From a virus, in the IMG/VR virus record IMGVR_UViG_3300034104_004920, positions 1 to 64,000 of that record: a stretch of DNA of 64,000 bases. One strand, written 5' to 3'. Every line of letters begins with the position of its first letter. Within the stretch, counting starts at the first letter, position 1. The position numbers were made by a program, and so were the translations under genes. The notes beneath the pieces are model-generated. The model saw nothing but the letters and a program-made list of their open reading frames with translations, made no database searches and was not told where the DNA came from. This document shows positions 7,657 through 14,299 of this stretch, piece after piece.

Positions 7657-7881
7657 TCAATAGTCTAGCCAATCGCCCATACTCTCGATTTTGGAGGCTG
7701 CTTCCTCCACACTAACCACATACTGAACCCGATCAACCCAGTTGGGGCTATCCGGGCCAATATACATAACACAACACCAGCGGCCCGTAGCACCACGCGC
7801 AAGACAGTGGATACCCTGTATGGGCCGGGGATACTTCGTACCCGTCATGTCGCATTCGGTGATCATGCCAAAAATCATCAT
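7657..7881 (-). CDS. Hypothetical protein
   Basis: CAGGAG SD; in cassette operon. Confidence 0.65.
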   Translation of the reverse strand: MMIFGMITECDMTGTKYPRPIQGIHCLARGATGRWCCVMYIGPDSPNWVDRVQYVVSVEEAASKIESMGDWLDY

Positions 7882-7901
7882 GGTATATACTCCTGATTTG
7901 A

Positions 7902-8096
7902 TTACGCCATTACTCGGTCGATATAAGCCTGGGCCTGTTCCACAGTCTTAAAAGACTTGACCTGCTTGGTGACCCAGTAGGCGTCCTGCCGGATGGTGTC
8001 AAACTTGAACACCTGCACCTGGACAGTGCGAGTAGCCCACGGTACAACAAACGCCCTGACAGTACCAAGGGCCGGGGGAGTGTAGGTGGTGGTCAT
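7902..8096 (-). CDS. Hypothetical protein (MTTTYTPP...)
   Basis: Cassette leader GAGGAACACGAGATG. Confidence 0.75.
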   Translation of the reverse strand: MTTTYTPPALGTVRAFVVPWATRTVQVQVFKFDTIRQDAYWVTKQVKSFKTVEQAQAYIDRVMA

Positions 8097-8289
8097 CTCG
8101 TGTTCCTCTTGTGTTGCTGTGAACACAGTATAGCACAACACCACACCAGCACAACATCAAAATTTTAACCCCTCGACCAGGTCAACTATTGTGCGGGGGG
8201 CTTGACCAGGCCACCAAAATTATGATATAATTTTGGCGCCCGAATAAGGGTTGTCCCTTATTCGGTTTTGTCTTACTGAGAGTAGGATA

Positions 8290-8451
8290 TCAACCTATCG
8301 AGTAAGTGCCTCCGCGTGGCACGCCGATGTCATCTAGTAGGACGTCAATTACCGTTTGGGAAACCACAGCCCTACCATTGACAAACACGGCATCGACCAA
8401 GTAAGAATACCTGCGGCCGTTGAAACGGATGGAAACAAAAACCTTTTTCAT
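8290..8451 (-). CDS. Hypothetical protein (MKKVFVSIRF...)
   Basis: Cassette leader CAGGAGAACATGAAATG. Confidence 0.7.
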   Translation of the reverse strand: MKKVFVSIRFNGRRYSYLVDAVFVNGRAVVSQTVIDVLLDDIGVPRGGTYSIG

Positions 8452-8618
8452 TTCATGTTCTCCTGCTGCTGTGAACACAGTATAACACAAGACCGTGCCT
8501 GGACAACAATAAATTTTTGACCCTACAACCTACTCGGCTATTGTGGCCAAGCGGCTTGACCAGGCCACCAAAATTATGATATAATTTTGGCGCCCCAATA
8601 GGGGTAAACCCCTATTAA

Positions 8619-8753
8619 TTAGTCCGACCAACACCCCAATAATGGGGGATACTCTGTTTCTGGATATTCCCAGTTTACAGGATTATCCATTGCAATCTCC
8701 GTCAAATCCCAGTCATACAAATAGGGCAAAACCCAGTCTTGATAGTCGCTCAT
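8619..8753 (-). CDS. 44-aa acidic/aromatic peptide (MSDYQDWVLPYLYDWD...)
   Basis: Paralog-like to 7515-7646; ends at module hairpin. Confidence 0.6.
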   Translation of the reverse strand: MSDYQDWVLPYLYDWDLTEIAMDNPVNWEYPETEYPPLLGCWSD

Positions 8754-8764
8754 TTGTCGAACCC

Positions 8765-8899
8765 TTATTCTGTTAGTTCTCTGTATACCTGATCATAACT
8801 AACACAGTATTCCCATGCCGCATTTCTGCAAGCATCAAAGAAACTCATGTGATATACAGACATCAATTGCTTTGCGTAACACACGGCAGCTTCAAGCAT
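8765..8899 (-). CDS. 44-aa hypothetical protein (MLEAAVCYAKQLM...)
   Basis: Overlaps stop of upstream gene; fills the operon gap. Confidence 0.55.
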   Translation of the reverse strand: MLEAAVCYAKQLMSVYHMSFFDACRNAAWEYCVSYDQVYRELTE

Positions 8900-9092
8900 T
8901 TTGTTGCTTTCTGGCATAAACACACAGTTTGTAATAATGGTTTACCATATCCATCAACTGCTGGGCATTTTCTCTTTGTTTAGGATCCTTCAATTCATTT
9001 TCAATTTGTTCGATAAACGCTTTGAAGGTAACGAACAGAAAACCATCGCTCATGGTTTCGGAAATGTATTGCAGTTTTTCTGTAGTATTCAT
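8892..9092 (-). CDS. Hypothetical protein
   Basis: 66-aa ORF in operon. Confidence 0.65.
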   Translation of the reverse strand: MNTTEKLQYISETMSDGFLFVTFKAFIEQIENELKDPKQRENAQQLMDMVNHYYKLCVYARKQQNA

Positions 9093-9103
9093 TTCTTACC
9101 CTT

Positions 9104-9307
9104 TCAAACCCGGAACGTGGGGCTCACGCCGACCTTGTCAGCCACCATCCACACGTACTCCACGTACACTTCTTCTTCGCGGGCTTCCTGAGCCGCCACG
9201 TCCAGATCCCAGTTGGCCTGGTCGTATTCTTCACGAATGGTGATTTCGGCCATGTCCAGCTCAAAGGACTCGATGTCTTCACGGGTCATGTCAGCGGGGT
9301 AGTACAT
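9104..9307 (-). CDS. Highly acidic small protein
   Basis: D/E-rich 67 aa; AAGGAG SD; promoter TTGACA-N18-TATACT at ~9339-9368. Confidence 0.75.
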   Translation of the reverse strand: MYYPADMTREDIESFELDMAEITIREEYDQANWDLDVAAQEAREEEVYVEYVWMVADKVGVSPTFRV

Positions 9308-9474
9308 CTTGGGGCTCCTTGTCTGTGTCAGTAGAGTTAGTATAACGCAAAACAGCGTGTTGTGTCAAACCCGATCTTTGTGTGGGGTCTTTGGCCAGGC
9401 CCTTGACCTGGCCCAGAATTACATGATATAATTCTGGCGCCATAAAGCCCTTACAGTCTGTAAGGGCTTTGGTA

Positions 9475-9681
9475 TCAATGCCATTCCGGCTTGATCCTGG
9501 GCTTCTTCATACGCCAGAACATACGCCACTTGCATCCCTGGGGCGTAAGGGCTTGGGTATTTTCGTAGACCACGAACCTGTTACCTCTCAGCTTTCCAAC
9601 CGGCTTGCCCGGGAGCTGGCCACGCAATAGCCTTTCGGCAGTCTTTTCATAGGTCTTGACAAGCATCGCAGTCTTCCTCAC
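9475..9681 (-). CDS. Basic hypothetical protein
   Basis: GTGA overlap with upstream stop; K/R-rich. Confidence 0.6.
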   Translation of the reverse strand: MRKTAMLVKTYEKTAERLLRGQLPGKPVGKLRGNRFVVYENTQALTPQGCKWRMFWRMKKPRIKPEWH

Positions 9682-9926
9682 TTCTTCTTCAAGAAAGTCT
9701 TTTCGTAATTGTCGATCATTGCAGTCTGTCGCTGATTCTGGTCCCTCAGCTTCTTAAGCTCAATTTGACTGAAGCCATACCGGGCTTCCATGTAGTTGAT
9801 GTAGTCGAGGGATTCTTCCAGCAGCTTCCAGAGCTTATCAGCATCGTGAGCCGCAAGCAGGGCTTTTCGAATCGTCTTGAGCCTAAAATCCTGGTCGCTG
9901 GACAGTTGGGGTTGATCGTTAGGCAT
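9678..9926 (-). CDS. Hypothetical coiled-coil protein (MPNDQPQL...)
   Basis: GGGAG SD, cassette leader and promoter upstream. Confidence 0.7.
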   Translation of the reverse strand: MPNDQPQLSSDQDFRLKTIRKALLAAHDADKLWKLLEESLDYINYMEARYGFSQIELKKLRDQNQRQTAMIDNYEKTFLKKK

Positions 9927-10094
9927 CTTTGCTCCCTTGTGTGTTGCAGTGAAGACAGTATAACCCAAAACACCACAGTCAGTCAAACCCGAGTGTTTTG
10001 TGGTGGAATTGTGTAGGGCCTTGACGGGGGCCAGAATATTGTGATATAATTCTGGCGCCATAAAGCCCTTACAGTCTGTAAGGGCTTTGGTCAA

Positions 10095-10337
10095 TCACAC
10101 CAACCGATACCGACCCGCATCATACTCGCGAAGCACAGCCCGACCTATGTTGGCGTTAGTGTCCATATCGAGCCCCCACAACACAACCACGCCGGAAATG
10201 TGGCGTGAGGCATCGTGAAAGAAAACCTCTACATCGTCCAGGTTTAGCTCTACCGCATCCTGTTCTTCAAACACAATGTCCAAGAATTGTTGATTGTTGT
10301 AGACCCGGCCGGTGTTGTAAACAATGTGCCTTCTCAT
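10095..10337 (-). CDS. Hypothetical protein (MRRHIVYNTGR...)
   Basis: AAAGGAACACTAAGATG leader. Confidence 0.7.
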   Translation of the reverse strand: MRRHIVYNTGRVYNNQQFLDIVFEEQDAVELNLDDVEVFFHDASRHISGVVVLWGLDMDTNANIGRAVLREYDAGRYRLV

Positions 10338-10359
10338 CTTAGTGTTCCTTTGTGGGTTA

Positions 10360-10515
10360 TTAGAAGCTGCCGGAAAGTATGGGGATGTTACGGGCCGGAC
10401 CGATAAGGACAACATCCTCCAGAGGAGCGGTGTCGTCCAGGTACGGATGCTGAATGCGAACTTCCTCAGACGGGTCAAGGGTTTGCAGAATCTGGATCAG
10501 GTCTTGTACGGTCAT
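10360..10515 (-). CDS. Hypothetical protein (MTVQDLIQIL...)
   Basis: Common small phage protein N-terminus MTVxELIxxL; cassette leader and promoter. Confidence 0.7.
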   Translation of the reverse strand: MTVQDLIQILQTLDPSEEVRIQHPYLDDTAPLEDVVLIGPARNIPILSGSF

Positions 10516-10610
10516 TTTGGTGTTCCTCTCGTGTTGCAGTGATGACAGTATAACGCAAAACACCACAGTCAGTCAAACCCGATCTTTGTGTGGGGTCTTT
10601 GTGTGGCCCC

Positions 10611-10640
10611 TTGACGTGGCCTAAAAACACATGGTACAAT
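10611..10640 (+). promoter_or_regulatory. Rightward promoter, last module variant
   Basis: TTGACG-N18-TACAAT with TG extension. Confidence 0.55.
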
Positions 10641-10782
10641 AGGGGCGGTTAACAGACTAGTTACTTTACTGAGTGTGCTGCGCCCCCCAACACGGCCTCT
10701 TTTAAAAAATATCACACAAAGTTTTCGGTGCCAAAACCCAACAAATCTTCTTTTAAAATAATACCCAAGTCAAAAATAGTGG

Positions 10783-10811
10783 TTGAATTTTTTTAACACA
10801 TGTTTTATAAT
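10783..10811 (+). promoter_or_regulatory. Promoter for terminase genes
   Basis: TTGAAT-N17-TATAAT, 30 nt upstream of ATG. Confidence 0.6.
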
Positions 10812-10840
10812 TCAGTTTTACACTACCCACAACACCAACC

Positions 10841-11326
10841 ATGAACACACTGCCCGTTCCACACTCACCTGCAGAGGTAGTGCAATTGACGCCCGAAGAC
10901 GTATTGATCTGCAATACGTACTTGACAACAGGAAGCATTGACATCACGAGCTCCCAGTTGGACATTCCACAAGAACTGGTGGTCAAAACCTTGGAATCTC
11001 CGCTCTCAAAAAGCTATGTAGATCGTGTGTTTTTAGACTGGGGGTTTAACAATCGCTTTAAAATCCGCAAAGCAATGGATTTGGTGTTAGAAAAAAAGTT
11101 TCAAGAATTGGATGAGAGTGGGACTGGGTCTTCAAAAGATATCGCAGAATTGTTGGAGTTGTCACACAAAATGACAATGAACGAACTGGACCGCCAGATT
11201 GCATTAGAAAAGATACGATCAAAAAACGCTCCCACCATCAAAAAACAAACAAACATTCAAGTAAACGACAACTCTGTGACGTCTAACTACCACAACTTAC
11301 TATCAACACTATTAAAAAATGCTTGA
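10841..11326 (+). CDS. terS: Terminase small subunit (T5-like)
   Basis: Immediately upstream of and overlapping terL; N-terminal HTH; SSKDIAELL and QTNIQVN resemble T5-like TerS. Confidence 0.8.
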   Translation: MNTLPVPHSPAEVVQLTPEDVLICNTYLTTGSIDITSSQLDIPQELVVKTLESPLSKSYVDRVFLDWGFNNRFKIRKAMDLVLEKKFQELDESGTGSSKDIAELLELSHKMTMNELDRQIALEKIRSKNAPTIKKQTNIQVNDNSVTSNYHNLLSTLLKNA

Positions 11327-12599
11327 AATCTCACGCAGCGATATAGTCTCCACCCACATTCAAACTTGGCCTCAACCCATAATCCAGCTTCCAATTGAAC
11401 CGTACTTGAAGCTGCTGCCCGTGGGTACTACCACTGCGTACGAGGGTTTGAACCGACCCCAAATTGCATTAATCAACGCAGTCAACGCACCTCACTACCG
11501 CTTTATTACTTGTGCGTACAGCCGTCGTCTGGGCAAGACCTTTATTTCAAACGTGTTGGGACAATTGATCTTTTTGATTCCAAACAAGCACGTGTTGATC
11601 ATGAGTCCTAACTACAGCTTGTCTAACATCAGCTTTGATCTACAGCGAAGTTTTATAAAGTCCTTTGATTTAGAGGTCACACGAGACAACACAAAAGACA
11701 GAATTATTGAATTAAGTAACAACAGCACCATACGAATGGGGTCAGTCTCAACAGTGGACTCTAGCGTAGGACGCAGTTACGACTTAATCATTTTTGATGA
11801 AGCTGCACTTCACACAGACGGAGAAGACGCTTTTAACATTGCTCTTCGTCCCACATTAGACAAACCCACTTCAAAAGCAATCTTTATTAGTACCCCTCGG
11901 GGAAAATCAAACTGGTTCTCCAGCTTCTACAACCGTGGGTTTGATAGTTCCTACCCATACTGGTGTTCACTACGAGCAACCTACGACGAAAATCCCCGTA
12001 TGTCGGAGGCCGACGTGTTGGAGGCCAAATCCTCGATGAGTACTGCCCAGTTCGAACAAGAGTATTTAGCGTCTTTTAATAGTTACGAGGGTCAGATTTA
12101 CAAGTTTAGTGAACACAATGTAGTGGTGGAGGAATGTGTGGGCGAGTGTTTTAGTGGGTTAGATCCGGGCTACCGGGACGAAACTGCGTATGTAGTGATT
12201 CAGTATTGTTATGAAAAGGATTGGTTCTATGTGTTGGACGAGTATGTCGATAAAAACCTTCCCACCTCAGTCCACGCAGAGCGCATTAACAACCTCAATA
12301 ATATGTATGGTGTAGAAACGGTGTTTATTGACTCGGCCGCAGCACAAATGAGTGCGGACCTGGCCTACAACTACAACATCAGTTGCACAAGATCAAAAAA
12401 GGACGTTTTAGCAGGCATCAGCTTTGTGCAAAACTTAGTAGAAACCAATCGTTTAAAAGTGCACCCTCGTTGTAAAGAAGTGTTAAAGATGTTGGACCAA
12501 TATCGCTGGGATGATTCCACGTCCGGAAAACCAGTTCACGACCGTTACTCGCACATGGCAGATGCTGTCCGATATGCACTATACAGTTTTGTTACCTAA
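11319..12599 (+). CDS. terL: Terminase large subunit
   Basis: Walker A SRRLGKT, Walker B IIFDEAA, ISTPRG, RNase H nuclease motifs LDPG and HMADAVRYA. Confidence 0.97.
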   Translation: MLEISRSDIVSTHIQTWPQPIIQLPIEPYLKLLPVGTTTAYEGLNRPQIALINAVNAPHYRFITCAYSRRLGKTFISNVLGQLIFLIPNKHVLIMSPNYSLSNISFDLQRSFIKSFDLEVTRDNTKDRIIELSNNSTIRMGSVSTVDSSVGRSYDLIIFDEAALHTDGEDAFNIALRPTLDKPTSKAIFISTPRGKSNWFSSFYNRGFDSSYPYWCSLRATYDENPRMSEADVLEAKSSMSTAQFEQEYLASFNSYEGQIYKFSEHNVVVEECVGECFSGLDPGYRDETAYVVIQYCYEKDWFYVLDEYVDKNLPTSVHAERINNLNNMYGVETVFIDSAAAQMSADLAYNYNISCTRSKKDVLAGISFVQNLVETNRLKVHPRCKEVLKMLDQYRWDDSTSGKPVHDRYSHMADAVRYALYSFVT

Positions 12600-12611
12600 C
12601 AAAAAATTTGC

Positions 12612-12640
12612 TTGAGAAATTTTTGCCTTTAGTATATAAT
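12612..12640 (+). promoter_or_regulatory. Late promoter
   Basis: TTGAGA-N17-TATAAT. Confidence 0.6.
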
Positions 12641-12650
12641 AAGGACTGCT

Positions 12651-13145
12651 ATGGGAACAAACACAAACAAGCGAATTCCTGTAAAATGGATTCGTGACAA
12701 AGCAAAAAGTGCATACCAAAAACAGGACCACTGTTTTGTGTGTGGTGTGGAGTTGGACCTAGAACTACACCATTTAGGGTCAGTTACCCTATTATTGGAG
12801 CGCTGGTGCAAGGGTAGGGGGTTAGTCTTAAAAACGGATGACGACGTTTTAAACATTCGTGATGAGTTTATTGAAAATCACCAAACAGAATTGTACAAAG
12901 ACGTTTACACTCTTTGTAATCATCACCATGTTTTATTACACTCCGTTTTTGGAAAAGCACCGCCTCTGTCAAGCGTAGCCAAACAGCGTAACTGGATTGA
13001 GATTCAAAAGAACAAAAAAACCGATAAAATTGTTTTAAACAGTAACATCCTTACTTTTAGCAGTTTTTACGGAAATTTTGAGTCCTTTAAACCATTGTAC
13101 GAGAAAACAAATGAAAATAAGCACCGTATTCAAGAACTGGATTGA
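12651..13145 (+). CDS. HNH-type nicking endonuclease (T5 terL-portal interval gene)
   Basis: CxxC...LELHH...TLCxxHH...LHxxFGK; same position as the T5 nicking endonuclease. Confidence 0.85.
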   Translation: MGTNTNKRIPVKWIRDKAKSAYQKQDHCFVCGVELDLELHHLGSVTLLLERWCKGRGLVLKTDDDVLNIRDEFIENHQTELYKDVYTLCNHHHVLLHSVFGKAPPLSSVAKQRNWIEIQKNKKTDKIVLNSNILTFSSFYGNFESFKPLYEKTNENKHRIQELD

Positions 13146-14289
13146 AAAACTCAATCCAGCTCAAGTCGTTATATCACGAGAAGAAGGTAGTTTAGTTGAC
13201 ACAACCAGTATTATCACTTACAAACAAGCGTTTGATAGGCTGGAAAGTGTTAATAGAGGCGTAAACATGATTGTTAGCGCCTGCAGCGGACTAGACTACG
13301 ACATAAAAGATAAAAAATTAGATGGTGTGTTTCAAGGAATGCGCCAGAAAACACTAAACACAATATTAAATTATCAGCCAAATCCTTATCAAAGTGTTCA
13401 AGAGTTCCGACGCAACATATTCACAGACTTTTTATTAGACGGAAATGTGTTTTTGTACTGGGACGGAGCGTCATTGTACCACTTGCCAGCTGAAAATGTA
13501 ACAATAGAAACAAGTGCAAAAACATTTGTTAGTCGTTACAACTACAACTCAGAAATATTCTTTAAACCAGAAGAAGTATTGCACTTTAAAGACTTGAGTT
13601 CAAAGAGCATTTATCGTGGTGATAGCCGGTTGCAGAGCTGTGACCGCAACATAAAAACTCTTTACAAAATGCAAAATTTTCAGGACGGGTTCTTTGAAAA
13701 TGGAGCTGTAATGGGAATGGTGTTGACCTCAGAAAACACACTGTCCCAGATTGCAAAAGACAGAACAATTCAAAACTGGACTTCAAAGTACAACCCTAAA
13801 CTGGGTCCGCGGAAGCCAGTTATATTGGACAGCGGGTTGAAGCCTGTTAAGCTGGGTGACGAAAGCTTTAAAGATTTAGATTTTGACAATTCTATCAAAA
13901 CTCACGACAGCAAGATTTTAAAAGCACTTGGAGTTCCGCCTATCTTGTTGGAGGGTGGAAACAACGCAAACATTAGTCCTAACTTGAGATTGTTTTACCT
14001 AGAAACAGTAATTCCTATCTTAAATAACTACGTTTCAAGTTTAGAAAGATTCTTCGGATACGATATTGCTCCAGTGACAAGCAACGTATCCGCGATGCAG
14101 CCTGAGTTGAAAGACTTGGCTGCCTACTACACAACACTAGTAAACGGAGGGATTTTGAGTCCAAACGAAGCTAGAGTTGAACTTCGCTATCAATCAAAGC
14201 CAGACTCGGATAATTTAAGAATTCCAGCAAATATTGCTGGAAGTGCAAGCAATCCAAGTACGGGCGGACGACCAAGCGAATCAAATTAA
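13111..14289 (+). CDS. Portal protein (HK97/T5 pb7-like)
   Basis: PNPYQS, LLDGN, ALGVPPILL, GILSPNEAR motifs; probable start MKISTVF at 13111. Confidence 0.95.
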   Translation: MKISTVFKNWIEKLNPAQVVISREEGSLVDTTSIITYKQAFDRLESVNRGVNMIVSACSGLDYDIKDKKLDGVFQGMRQKTLNTILNYQPNPYQSVQEFRRNIFTDFLLDGNVFLYWDGASLYHLPAENVTIETSAKTFVSRYNYNSEIFFKPEEVLHFKDLSSKSIYRGDSRLQSCDRNIKTLYKMQNFQDGFFENGAVMGMVLTSENTLSQIAKDRTIQNWTSKYNPKLGPRKPVILDSGLKPVKLGDESFKDLDFDNSIKTHDSKILKALGVPPILLEGGNNANISPNLRLFYLETVIPILNNYVSSLERFFGYDIAPVTSNVSAMQPELKDLAAYYTTLVNGGILSPNEARVELRYQSKPDSDNLRIPANIAGSASNPSTGGRPSESN

Positions 14290-14299
14290 AAGGAAGCAC

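Larger units (their letters stand above)
493..10090 (+). repeat. Dispersed family of 15 modules: TTGACN-N17/18-TA(T/A)AAT (mostly inside a palindrome)-GGCGC(C)-hairpin
   Basis: -35 boxes at 493, 2047, 2929, 4045, 4185, 4521, 5398, 6669, 6748, 7076, 7454, 8202, 8556, 9403 and 10021. Each is followed by GGCGC(C) 1-3 nt after the -10 and then a stem-loop. Copies at 6748 and 7076 are identical for about 65 bp. Variants occur at 118 and 10611. Confidence 0.93.

Noticed and set aside
493-10090. Integron attC cassette array or IS-associated REP/MITE elements
   Set aside because: No integrase or transposase is visible in the window, and there are no consistent RYYYAAC/GTTRRRY ends or target duplications. 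The cassettes carry their own promoters.
1022-10542. Plus-strand ORFs in the pre-early region as products of the rightward promoters
   Set aside because: They are shadows of minus-strand genes, lack RBSs, and are not consistently placed after the modules.
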